Below, in pieces: positions 28,456-41,500 of a DNA stretch of 64,000 nucleotides. The translations under genes and the position numbers were made by a program. Origin of the DNA: Dimorphilus gyrociliatus (Eukaryota > Animalia > Annelida). The stretch covers positions 1,240,001-1,304,000 of the forward strand of contig CAJFCJ010000010.1 of assembly GCA_904063045.1 (NCBI GenBank), read 5' to 3'. Positions within the stretch are counted from its first letter, which is position 1. Each line of letters starts with the position of its first letter. The notes under the pieces are model-generated. The model had not been told where the DNA came from. It ran no database searches and saw only the letters and a list, made by a program, of their open reading frames with translations.

Positions 28456-30145
28456 CTATTTAGCTTTGCAAATTCCTTTAAGAAAATCTCCCACAGGTTG
28501 TAATTTTACAGGTTTACCATCTACTTCCACCAGGATTTCACAAAATTTTTTAGCAGTTGTTGTTCCACTTTTTAAAGAGCTGTCAAGTATCTATTTTGCA
28601 AGATTTAATTAAAATCTAATGATATTTGTAGAAAGGAAAAATACTTACATCGACAGCCACTGAACGGTATTTTCCAGTTTCGCATAGATATTTACAACCT
28701 CCTGTAAAGGCGTTTGATTTACCAACATTTTTACAAGTAGAATATTTTGTGGGATTGGAAACTGGTTTGTAAATAAGGAATCTTTCGGCAGGAATGCACG
28801 GATTAACTGATACTTCAACTTTTGAAGTGATATTTTCCACACTTAATATCATCTATTTTATAAAGATTACACGTATTTAGAAACATATTTTTTAATTTCT
28901 CTAAACTTACTTTAAAACAAGGAAGCCCAGTTTTCATTCCATCCTCTAAGCACGTGTCGGTATAGTTGTCAAATAGGGTATAAGCCATATTATTTAATTG
29001 ACATTTAAAATTATTGGATTTCGTATTAGCACATACATTTGTACAACCAGAGTTATAATCAAGCCCAACTTTTGGTCTGGTATCTAATAAAGAAAAAACA
29101 ATGGCAAGGTAGTAAAAGTATCATTATAAAAATTTTGTAACAAAATATGACAAGGAAACAGTATTTAATGAGATTCTTATCCTTTGCCAGTTTATTTTTA
29201 GCATCAGGCACATAGGAAATCAATATATCAGTAGTTTTTGTTTTTATGTTATTTTTTTTATAAATTCATACAATACCTTCTGGTTGGCAGCTTCTCTTCT
29301 CATAGAAAACAGCGCATTGGCAGTCCTCCGTTTCTTCGGATGAATACACAATGCTACCATTATTTTTCAATAATTCGCATTGCTTCGCGTGAGGTTCATA
29401 TGTAAAGCCGTAACAATAAGACATAGCATTGCATTCATGAACGCATTCATCAGTTGATTTTACTTCCGTTAGCATTTTTATATAGTTTACATTCTTTGTT
29501 TTATCTTTAGTTGACTTGATTATCTCTATTGTCTTATAGGAACGTGGCATATATTTACATTTATCTATGAATGAAATCAGATAATTAAATTTTAGTAGGA
29601 TATTATAAACGATCTAAAGTACAAATGAATACTTACGACAACTTCCCTTTTCCATTATAAATTTCATTGGTCCGTCTACTTTATTAAATTTATTCCATCT
29701 TCCCGTTAGAGTAAAATGAGTGCAAACAGAACCGACAACTTTTCCAGTTTTCTTCTCGTATTGATAACCTCTACAACCTTAAAAAATTGTTGATAGAATC
29801 AAGTGAAGTTATATTTTAGATGCATTTCGAATATTTCCAATATAAATACTTTACCCTGAGTTTCATCGCAATCAATTCTGCATTGATGTTCAGTGACAAA
29901 ACGTCTAACTGTCAGAACTTTACTTCCAGCTTTCAAAGACAAATCGTAGTTATTTTTCGAATAGCCACAACCATCGTCTAGAAAAGAACTAATTGGTAAA
30001 GAATAGAAGTTTTTTAAGTAAATAATTACCTACTCTGTTTATTTTCAGGTTTACCAATTAGGTGTGTTAATTTACCAGTTTTTATTGTAGTCTTTGCCGA
30101 AGTAAGACAAATTAAGATTTGTATGAAAAAAATTATTATATTCAT
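28456..30145 (-). CDS. Secreted protein A: signal peptide, two PAN/apple domains, Cys-rich C-terminal domain; about 377 aa, 7 exons
   Basis: Exons 30145-30076, 29977-29855, 29777-29637, 29564-29277, 29083-28911, 28852-28649, 28590-28456; intron phases 1,1,1,1,0,0. PAN patterns EHQCRIDCDETQGCRGYQY..C and DECVHECNAMSYCYGFTY..QCEL. Ends KFCEILVEVDG..CKAK*. Confidence 0.85.
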
Positions 30146-30661
30146 CTTTACTACCCAACAAATAAGTACCAACTAGTAAATATCTCAAAATTGCAACAGC
30201 TTTTCTATTCCTATGTTTTAAATGGAAAGTTTTTTATCATAATTTAAACTAACTCACTTAGTTGCCCCTCTCTCTCTCTCTCGCTCTTTTAAACGGAAAT
30301 TCACACATACACACGTATATACATATTCATACAAACACACACGCACAGACGCGCTGGCGTGCCTACTTTTTATATTAATACTTCGTATAGACGGTCTTTT
30401 TCAAGTTTGCGTGAAACATTCGCGTAAATCTATCAATACTTGCTTTTTTAAAAGTTCTTCCCACCTGTTCAAACTAGCGTGCAATTAAACATTATTAATA
30501 CTCAAAATTAATAAGGTGTTGATATTTAACGTATTTTAACTTAATCTTTTTTTCATTAACAGAAATATAAATTATAAAGATTTTCATAAAAAAAAAAGAG
30601 ATTTAACAAAAAGGCCAGAAAAATTAAACCTAGTTTAGTTAGACTTCATACCCAAGTTAAT
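30146..30661. promoter_or_regulatory. 516-bp region between the two start codons of the PAN paralogs (candidate bidirectional promoter)
   Basis: Lies between divergent ATGs at 30145(-) and 30662(+). Contains (CT)n at about 30268-30282, a CA-rich tract at about 30301-30345 and a GC-rich GACGCGCTGGCGTGCC patch. Confidence 0.55.
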
Positions 30662-32998
30662 ATGAAAGCTGTATGTTATTTCCTATTCTCTATTTTCTAT
30701 TTAACGATATCAAAAAGTTATCAAACAAAAGTAAAAGGTTCTTTTTAAAATTTTCATTATATTTTTTCATAAGTTAATTAAAATATTTCATTTCTTATCT
30801 TTTCGTTAATCTTATTAGAAAGTGGATGCAGTTACGTTAAAAGTGAATATTTTCCTGATGGTAAAGATTATTTATTCGGTAATAGATTAACAATAGAGAA
30901 AGAAATTCAATGTAAAATTAAATGTGACCTGAAGAAAAGTAATTAAAATAATTACATTTACTATTTTAATATTTAATTTCTTTATATTTATGTATTATTT
31001 TAGAATGTTATGGTTATCTTACTTTTAATCAAAAACCTACAAGTAAAGTTTGTCAGCTGATAACAAAGCCTAGCGTTAACAATATACCAAACTTTAAGAA
31101 GGAAAATGGTACTCTCTTCCTAATGAAGGAATCATGCCGTAAGTAATCGTTAAAAGTGAAATGTTCATAAAGATCTTTAGTAATGAATTAATATAATATT
31201 TTTGATCTTCTTTAAAGCAAATTGCAAATATAGAAAAGAGAATATTGATAGAATTATAAGTAATGAAGAAAGCGTTATAAAAATATCCTACGGTGAGAGG
31301 TTGGCAAATGAAAAAGAATTTGAAGAGCAGTGTGAAGGAGAATGTAATAATGATTTGAATTGTCACGGACTCTCTATTTTCCCTTCAAATAACATTTGTA
31401 TCCTTTTTAATAAAAACATCCAAAGAAATACCGTTTTTAGAGGAGCATCGGCGAAAAAAACAAATCGGCAATGTATTAAGCAATACAATAAAAAAGCAAT
31501 TTGTACAAGATCTGGTTTGCTTTCATTTATTAATTACGAATTATTTAAATTATTAAATAATTAAATAATTATTAAATCTGTTTTCTTTTTTTAAATAGCC
31601 ACTGGTGTAGGATTTAATATTATTATTGTATATATAAAGACTATTCTCCCTTGGAGTGGTAATTGTGTTGGAAAAGTGAAATCTTATTTGGAATTTTTTG
31701 ACAAGAGGTTCTTAACTATAATTGGCGATAAAAATCCGTCAACCTGTACGGATAAGGCATTAGGCTCTAAACCAAGTTACTTTAGCGTATGTTAAATATA
31801 TAAAACAAGATAACCATTTGATTCGATAAAGAATCTCATCATCTTATTCTTTTTTCTTTTTTTAGACCTTTCTATTCGCTAGAAATGTTATGAAAAAAGT
31901 AGAAATTTCTATTGGTCCTTGCTTAAACAAAAATTATTACGTAATCATGAAAATTGATTCAAACACAGAAAATCCTTATAAAGAATGTACTTTAATGAAT
32001 TTCGACAAAAAAAGCAATAAATGCTTTTACACTTGTCAACCTAAAGAGAAGAAAACAATAGATGTAACAATTCAAGTAAGTAGAGCACACGTTCGAATGC
32101 CTCTTGGCTAGATTTGTACTCAATTGATTTGTTGTCCTAGCTATAAAGTATAAAGAGAATGATATACAGTAGATAAAAACAACTTTCTAAAAAGTCTATT
32201 AATTATAATTAACAATAAGGATTTCAATATAGATAAATATAGAAACAATGCTTTGTTTAGTTAAATTTTCTTATCGTTTTACTATAAAAAACCTCAAAAA
32301 TTCGATAATGAAATATACTTGATATATACAGATAGATATTTTTAACATTATTAATTTTACAATCCTAGGTTTTAAATGAGTAACAAATAAATAGATCATA
32401 AAAGTTTATTTCTAAAATATATTCATAAACGGGAAACAAAAATCAAGATAGATAGATAGATAGATAGATAGAGCGAGCGAGCGAGCGAGAGAAAGAGAGG
32501 CAGGACGAAAACTTTTTTTCTTTTCAACAGAAAAATTAGCATAGCCTTTTGTATTTTATATTAGTTTTTCGAAGGTTAGAATATATAGAATAAAGTATAT
32601 ACCACGAATGCTCTACAACAAATAAAAGTCTTTAACAACGCATTATAAAATAACACTAGCGTAATACACTAGTTGTTTTTTTTTAACCGAGATATTATAC
32701 TAATATACTTAAGAATACTTAATATTTTTTTAATTTAAAGTTCTATAGACGATAGTTGTAGCTTCCATTCTTTTCTTTAAAGAAAACTTCTTATATTAAT
32801 ATGGCTATTATAATCTCTTTCTTATTTATAATATACTCTATTCATTTCTTAATTTATTGTTTAAATATTTTATAGATCGATGATCCTGAGAAGAAAGTTG
32901 TAAATTTTTGCGATTTAGAGGTCAAAGTAGATGGCGTAGCAGCTGTTATTGAAAATAAATCAACACTTAAAAACGATCAAAGAGTAAAAAGGAGTTGA
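30662..32998 (+). CDS. Secreted protein B, divergently transcribed paralog of A; about 382 aa, 7 exons
   Basis: Exons 30662-30737 (donor position uncertain), 30819-30938, 31004-31138, 31218-31514, 31599-31786, 31866-32075, 32876-32998; same phases 1,1,1,1,0,0. EIQCKIKCDLKKKCYGYL..VCQL; EQCEGECNNDLNCHGLS..ICIL; KVEISIGPC..CFYTC; FCDLEVKVDG. Confidence 0.82.
32447..32489. repeat. Compound (GATA)n-(GAGC)n microsatellite in the last intron of PAN gene B
   Basis: GATA x6 followed by GAGC/GCGA x4-5. Confidence 0.9.
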
Positions 32999-33621
32999 AA
33001 ATTAGTTTTAAGACCAAAAAAAATGGATTTAAAGAGTTAAAAAAATGTCTTACATTAAAAAGAACAGTCTCTAAATCTGTGTAAGAACCTTTTTTATTCT
33101 TTTAAATCTTAAAATTTATATTCTATTATACAAAAGAGCTAATAAATAAATATTTCAATGCAAAGTATAAAAACTGTTATTGATATCAAATTCACTTTTA
33201 TATTAATCGGTAGGCGTTTTTTTTTAGTTCCTGTCCCATTGATATTTGTTTATGTTATTTAACGATATTGAATAGAAACCAGGTATCTATAGAACGAATT
33301 TATATAACCAAGATGACATGTTATCGTAATATAATAAATAAATTAATCAATATGATAAAAACGTTTAATAAATATAAAATAATTTTTTATAAGCTATTTA
33401 ACATTAAAAGTTTCCTTTTCTCATTTTATTTGTTACAATTTCATATGTTTTGTCAAAAATTAATTTTCATCTAGTACATCGGCCTACATTATTTAGTCTG
33501 ATGATCAAATGCTTATAAAACTCTCGGTAGCCTACGTATTACTAAAATGAGCCAATCTTAGGAAAGCTGCACCCGAAAAGCTATATTTTTGTAAAGCATT
33601 AATTAATATTACTGATCAATA

Positions 33622-35372
33622 ATGGACTCTTCAGAAATTAGTACAAGCTCTGATTCAGATAAGAGCAAGGTTTGTTATTTCAATGCATTTATTGTAATAA
33701 TAAAATAGGAGTCTTTCATCATATGTATACAAATAAACAAATATACATTTATATATATATATATATATATGAGTGTGTGTGTCTGCATGCAAATGTTTGC
33801 GTATGTTTATGATATAGCAAGTAAAATTCTATTTCCAATAGAAAACTAGAGAAATTATAAATGATATGTATAAAATGTACTTTTTTTTTAAATTGCCTTA
33901 TATATACTCATATAGAATGAGTTGAATAATTTGTATATAAAAAAATATACCAGGCAATTCCTACAAAATGCTCTTACGTAATATTGCCTAGCTTTTAATC
34001 ATATTTTAGTTGAAAAAAAAAATGTTTAGTCACGGTCGGGCTAGCCAACTTAAACGCGAACTGTTTACATAACTAGCTCTAGTATTGATCGATTTTAGAA
34101 TTGAAAGGGCAAATCGTATTAAATTCCAATTATAAGTATAGCCAAATAACTTTTCAACATATAAGCTCTTACTTTTTCTCAACTTTAATCGAGCATTGCA
34201 CGTAATATTACTTATTTTATATATATATTTGTGTATTCATATTATAAAATTGATGATTTATTTTATGTTTTTTATTAATTTATTTAATTATCTCTTTTTC
34301 TTTTTATTCCACAATTAAATTGCTAGTTTATATAATTAGCTGGTATTCTAAGTGGTAATAAGAGATGTAATCTAATAAACATTCCCCTGCTATTGGGACA
34401 AATCTAGTGTAAAACACTCGATAAGAAACAGCTTATAAAAAAATATAAATTAAATTCTAGGAGGAAAAGAGTCCAAAGGCATTAGAATCAAGATTTCAGA
34501 TGGATCGTGTTGCTAATACAAATAAGAATGAAAATAAGAGGAGAAGGACATTATTATTTAAAAGGAATAAATTGGATGCAAGTTGGGGCTTTACCATTCA
34601 AAGCTATGGTATTCACCATAAGGTAATTTAATTATGATATATAATGTTTTATATTCTAGAGATTTCTATGTTTAGATATTTAGGAGCATAAAAATAAACA
34701 TTTATAATTGTTTTTACCATTAGATTCATTCCTGAGCTGCTTTAAAAAAAGACTTTTTTAAGCAAATCTATTGTTGAATTTCATATTAGGCATTGATTTT
34801 TTTAAAATAGTACTCTTTCATAATAAAAATAGATCTCTTTAATACCTATTTTTCTTTCATTTATATTCATATAAATACTCTTTCTCTATCAATTTTTCTT
34901 ACCGTCTCTATATCTTATAATCTTATCTTTACGCCCTTTTTTCAATTCTTTCTATTCTATTTTTTTTTAATAAAAAATAAACAAAAAAGACTTCTTTTAT
35001 TACTTTTACATCTATTCGTAACAGTTCCTTTTGACTACAATTTTTTACTATAGTAAAATAAATACTAAATAATCGATTATACAAGATTTATCCATTAACT
35101 GGGGAAAAAAATAAATATAATTAAATTGAAATAGATTTTAATTAATTAATGTATTTTAACAGAATACGAATGAACTAGAGTTCCTTACATACGTCGATTA
35201 TATAGAACTTAGAACTCCTGCCCATTTTTCTGGCTTAAGAACTGGTAAGTTAATTGTAAAAACAAAAAAAACTACTTTTTTATACTTTGTTTCATATTCT
35301 TTCAAGGTTTCTGAACGTAAAGGCTCTGAACCATTTTTAATTTAATTTAATTTTTTGAGCGCCATCTATCGG

Positions 35373-35417
<45 letters not shown>

Positions 35418-36569
35418 TATGTATATTTATATATTAATATACAGGATATATATAGTATTCATTTATTTGTTTATTTGGCATCCGTATCTGCAGATTTAAC
35501 AGAATATATCTAGATTGTATACAAAAATTTATATAAAAGGGAAATTGAAATGTCAGACTTGTGTTGTTTGTGTAATTTATTCTACTGACATAAATTCTTT
35601 AGAAAGTAAAATTATTATTGAATGTGAAAGATACGCAGTATAATCCGATAAGATTATACAAAAGTCCCTATATAGAATGCAACTTACAAGTTTTCAAGAT
35701 GGTTGAGTCCTTTACGTCAAGTTGAATATATCTATTGACGTCTTCCTACAAGAGTGCTTTCTCTTTCCTAGGTGACGTAATTCTTTCGATAGATGGGATG
35801 GACTTTTCTGAAGTCGATGATCCGGAAGACTTAGTCCGATTTATTAAAACTCGAGCTTATTCAATGCGGTAGTATTCACTTTTGATAGGTCTTCAATGGG
35901 ATAATCGCTTTAACGTGTTTTATTTTTTCTTCTCTAGTATGGTAGTCTTATTTGAAGATTGCGTAAAAAAGGTTGAGTTACATCTAAGAAGAATTAAATT
36001 GGAAAAATTATTGAAGGAAAAAGAAATAGAATTGCAGCGCTTACAAAATTTCGAAAATGAGATTATATCGAGTAAGTAGAATCGAAAAAACCTATATATA
36101 TATAGAAATCGATTCATCAATATCTTAAAATAGATAGAGCTTTTATCAACAAAAATTTTTAATATCCTATAAGGATTTGCTCTTAAGTTGTTACTTTAAA
36201 TATTTCCTCTTTTTAACCCATCATTTCTAAAAACATATGTATTGATCTTCAGGAAACTTATGGCATAATGCCTCAACTTTGGATGGATCAAAAAGTGCGC
36301 TCTATATAGAAAGGATGAATAGACGAAATAGAAAACACGAAGAGCCATGCGTTCAATCAACGCCTAACGAAAAACTGATAAAAAATCGTATAAAATCCTC
36401 AGATTTTCTAGGGGATGATTTCAGATCTAATAAGAACGTGCCGAGATTAATGTCATTTTCCAAACGCCATTCAAATGCTACTTGTTTAGTTAATTCCTTT
36501 TCTCTAGAATCTAGTCAAAGTTCTGTCATCTTCAATTGCTCAGAAACCGATTTAGAGACGCCAATGTAA
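33622..36569 (+). CDS. GRASP: Tamalin/GRASP (CYTIP-family) PDZ plus coiled-coil scaffold, about 279 aa
   Basis: Exons 33622-33669, 34461-34622, 35163-35244, 35772-35868, 35938-36071, 36253-36569, in frame. PDZ SWGFTIQSYGIHHK..LTYVDYIELRTPAHFSGLRTGDVILSIDG resembles GRASP FGFEIQTYGLHH; followed by leucine-zipper-like KVELHLRRIKLEKLLKEKEIELQRL. Ends LETPM*. Confidence 0.85.
35358..35372 (-). promoter_or_regulatory. CTCF-like motif in a GRASP intron
   Basis: Reverse complement CCGATAGATGGCGCT versus CTCF core CCACTAGATGGCGCT; directly followed by a (TA)n tract. Confidence 0.55.
35374..35412. repeat. (TA)n microsatellite
   Basis: About 19 TA units. Confidence 0.95.
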
Positions 36570-38333
36570 CGAAATATCTCATTAAAACGTTAATAATACT
36601 AAAACTGGCAGGAGAGAAATGAAGAAAAAAAAAGAGAGAGAGAAAAATAGAAAAATTTTTAAACTTTTGCTGAAAGAAAAAAGAAATCAAAAAGAAATCA
36701 AAAAGTAGAAAATTTTCAACAAAAAGATAAAAAGAAAATACTAAGAATAACAAATCTTTAACCTGCAAGAAAATGAACTAACATTGTATATTTTTTAAAT
36801 ATGATCTATTTTCTCTTTAATATTTTTTTTTCTTTTTTTTGCAGTTGCTTTTAAGTATATTTATGCCTTGTTTGACAAAAAAGCGTTACAAATTAAACGA
36901 CCCTTTATATATACATTTATACTTTACAAACTTTGAAAAAAAATGAAATATGAAAGGATTTTGTTTAAAAGTTTAAAAAAGATTATACATGAATTTCTAT
37001 TTTTAAAAAGTTTATTAATTAAACTAGGTTAATTGATTTCTTTTTATATTATAATTAGACTTATGATTCATTGGAGAGTGAAAACTGCACTATTTTGAAA
37101 AGAACGATAATGCCAAAGTGCAAGTGTAAAAACTTGAAAAGAGAATTTATATTCATAAGTCTTAGATAGACGACGTTTTAAATTTGTCGTTTTCTGACAT
37201 AATAGATTGGCACTAAGATTTAAACGCCTTGTTTCATTCTTTACCTCTTTTCCTCTTTTCTTTTAGTTTTCCATTTTCTAGTGCATATCGTCAGATCTAT
37301 TTAGCTCTCTATCCTCTTTCGTTGTCATATAATTCAGATGCTATTAATGATATTTGAGGTTTCTTAATTTCTTCCGCAAAACTAATGGCAAATCATGTCT
37401 ACTTTTACATTTTATTTAATTGATACAAATTAATAACATACCTGGAATAATTGTTACATAGTCTTGCATATCTCAAGTTAAAGACAATGCAAATAGGTCT
37501 ATAATAACTTATTAATTTAATAAATACAACGCTGATGAGTAAACTACGTTTAGGTAAGTTTGTCGAGGAAGAAAAGCTATATATATATTTATTTTTTTTA
37601 TGTATGTGTAATAAAGACGAAACGTAGAAAGTATAATAGCGTTTATACGGAAAATAGATAGTAAAGCAGGTAAATATATAGTTACGTTTATTCTTGAGAT
37701 ATTCTCCCTCTAAAATTTCAAGTTTACAGGATCATTTTCAAATGTACTTGAGATACTCGAAAGATATTTTTCCCTGTTAAAATTCATTCTATCCCACGGA
37801 TAAGATAACAATTTAAAAACGTTATAAATATTGATAGTTAACTTAGATTTTTTTTGGATATTAGAACATCAATATCTTATAAATTGTTGATATTTTATAA
37901 ATAAACTAGTAGATTTATCATCCCCGATGAAGAAAGTACTAAGAGTAGAAAGTTTCCTATTAATTGTATAATGTACTATAAAGCAAATTAACTAAATTTC
38001 TAACAGTTTGGAAATAGGTTAAAGGTTTTTCATTATGGTTTTTTTTTCATTAATAATAAATGCCTTTTCCATCATTAATATATCCTTATTTCTTCACCTA
38101 GTCTAATAAGGTCATAAACAACAAAATAATAATATTGTATAATTCATATGAAACAATTCGAAAATAATGAGAATATTGCGGATCTTTAGTTTAACACAAC
38201 TATGAATATATTTATAAAATAATGATTTCTAATAACGCTTAACAAATATGTTAAAACGTGGTGACGCTAAAACTAAACGGCGGCTAGTTAACTGGTATCA
38301 ACAGTAACAGATAATTAGCATATAGAGTATGAA

Positions 38334-38348
38334 AGCGCCATCTACGAC
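38334..38348 (-). promoter_or_regulatory. CTCF-like motif upstream of GPCR paralog 1
   Basis: Reverse complement GTCGTAGATGGCGCT, about 190 bp before the ATG. Confidence 0.5.
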
Positions 38349-38536
38349 CTCTGATTGAAAACTACACTGCTTCCTTCATTCTGTTTAGAGACTTTCAATG
38401 GAATATTTAGTTTGATAAGTAGAAAACTGCGGTATAAGATATAAAGTATATTTACAGTTGAAGAGAATCGTATAGTGAAATATTTAAAATATTTAAAAAA
38501 GTTAATTACTATCAGGCGAGGAAGGAAAGATGTAAG

Positions 38537-41500
38537 ATGGATCAGGAGATAAGGATGGAATATAATACCTCAGACTCAAAAAATCGACCTTATGTTCGAA
38601 AGGAAGTTGTTTTTATCTTTTACTCAAGCTTTCTACTGCTTGGTTTCATCGGAAACATTTTAGTCATTGCAGCAGTTATAAAATTCAAGAAATTATTCCG
38701 GAAACAATCAATTGCTAATAATTACATTTTAAATCTTGCTTTTGCTGATATGCTCTTCATCCTTACGATGCCATTTTTTATTGCATCAGCGGCAAACAAA
38801 CAATGGGAAATGAGTGATGTTTGGTGTAAAATTGGAAATTTCTGCCGAGAGATCAATAAATTTGCCAGCGTCTTTACGTTAATCGTATTGAGTTTCGATA
38901 GATATTTAGCGTCCTTTCCTGCTAAGGGTCATCTTAGAACTACTGGTATTGGTAGTATGGTCTGTGGGCTTATTTGGATTTTATCTTCTTTATTGTCAAC
39001 GCCTTACGTGATGTATGCCCAAACTGTTCAATTCGAAGTAATTCATAAAGTTTCTTTGAAAAAAAAATCTTATGTTATATCTCTTTAATTTAGACTTTTC
39101 TGAATTTGCCATTAAGAAAAATCTATATAAAATTTCACAAAAAAATCCGATAAGAGATAAAGGATTAAATAGTTCTTGGCAAAATATTTTTGCCGTTAAA
39201 CATGCTGATTATTCTAATCTTTAGCCAAAATGATACCACTTGAGTCGTAGATAACGAGATGAGTTTTTCTCTATGGTAAGTTTCTTTTTTACCCTTGTTA
39301 GTAGTTGACTTTTCGTTGGCTTTGAGTTTAGAATTTTAATAATCTAAAAGAATATACCATTATTTCTTTCATCTTAAGTTTAAAAATAGTAATAAATTTA
39401 TCAATTACCTTTTAATTATACTAAAATATTTATTGATTGGATAATTTTATCTAATTTCCTTTTCCTTAAATTCATTATTAATTCTGAATAGCATTAAACA
39501 TTTCACTTACCCTACTAAATCCCTTTCCACCTTCGAACTTTGAAGTATTTTACCATTTTCCCTCAAATTTGATTTATGTACTTTAAGTTTTAGCTTTACT
39601 GAAACGTTACATAAAATATAACCCTCTTTAGATTAAACCAGATATAGAAAAAACCTGAAAAGGCTTATTTATTCACATGCGAAAAATCATTGATTAAAAT
39701 TTTATAACACAAAACTTAGGGTATGGAACACTTCAGAGCACCTTACATCGATTTCGTAGAAGGAGATATACTTACTGTATGACGATGATAAATTACTATC
39801 AGCAAGAGAGTTGAAAAGAATATTATAGATATTCCATACACTATATGACTATGCAGTACAAGAATCAACTAACCTTACTCTATAATTTTTCAATTATACA
39901 AAAAAGTTGATCAAATATCTTGTCTTTAGAGTCCTTTTCTTACAAAATAACTCTAGAAGGTGTTATCCGTCTTCTTTCTAGAAGAAATGCAGTTTTTTTC
40001 CTTATCTTATCTAATTTGAAAGCAAAAGAGACAAAAGTAGATGATATAAAAGAAACTAAATATACAATTAAAGAAACTTTAGAATTATTTTTTTCACATT
40101 GAAAAACCAGAATAATTCAAAATCAAATTGCAAAATAGAATGGCCTGATAATAAAGTAGTTTATGAACTCTCCCATACTATTCTTCAACTAATTTTTGGA
40201 TTAATTTTTCCTATTTTTGCGATTGTGGCTTCCTATATTTTACTTATTAGAAGAATAAAACGAATGGCACGTTGGAAATTGACAACATCTATTCAAACAC
40301 CTAATAGAAAAATGACAAGATTAGTGATTGGAGTTGTTGCAGCTTTTGTAGCTCTTCATACACCACTTTACATAATGGAAATTGTTCAAATGACCAAAAA
40401 AATGGAAGCTTCTAAATCAAACATGGAAGCGGAAGAGTGGGAAGTTTACGCCTTTGTATATTGTAATCTCATAGCCCAAATGGCTGTATACATTAATTCG
40501 GCATTAAATCCTATTCTTTACTTTCTACTTAACGAAAACTTCAGTAAGTCTCATCTTTACTTATTTATTTATATTTTAGGAAATACTACATAATTGATAT
40601 TTAGCCATGTTTATTCCTTTAACTAAGACTTGAATAATAATTACTCTTTTAAGGCTTTAAGGACCACATGAGTACAGGAGTTATTAATAATTTAATACAT
40701 AATATTCGTAACATATTGGTAAACTCTTGTAAATTTAGTTTGTATCTAGGACACTGTTTGCATGTATTTTTTTTATGAAGAACGCATTTCTTAATTATCT
40801 GATAACATATTCTAATGAAAAAGAAATTACCGCTAGGAAATTTTGTACAAATCTGTGACCATTCTCTAACAATAAACGTGTTTATTTTTTTTAATAGAAT
40901 AAGATAATTATCAGACTTTTAACTGTAAAATGTATAGAATTAAACTGTATATACTTGCAGATTGTAAACCAATTTTAAAGTTTTTATTTCTATTTCCTTT
41001 AAAAAAATTATATTGAGTAACTTAAAATAAAATGAATTGATTCAATATCTCTTTTCAATAATTAACACCTTTTTCAGTAATCTAAAACTGCAATTTCAAT
41101 CTTTTGTCCATATTCCATAGTTTCGTATTATATTTTTAAAGAGAGACATATATATATATATATACTGTATATATACTGATTAAATATTAACGTATTCGAT
41201 TTTTAGAAGAGTAAAGCATACATTTATGTGTGTATGAATATAGACGTTATGTTACTGTACTGCTCTTCAAGGAAAGTCAGAGTTAAATCAGTTCTCTCTA
41301 CTCTTGGAATCATAACTTTCATAAATATATTCTACTCTATACCATAAAACCTAAGTGAAAGAAGAAAGGGATAGACGTTTTAATCGTGTTCTTTTATTAG
41401 CCAGAACAATGAGAGAGTATAAAGATCTTCTTACAATTATTCTTAAATGTCAAATGTCTATAAGGGATAAATATCTTTTTCATAATTTTTCATATTAATT

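Noticed and set aside
31094-31366. 90-aa minus-strand hydrophobic ORF
   Set aside because: Antisense to exons 3-4 of PAN gene B.
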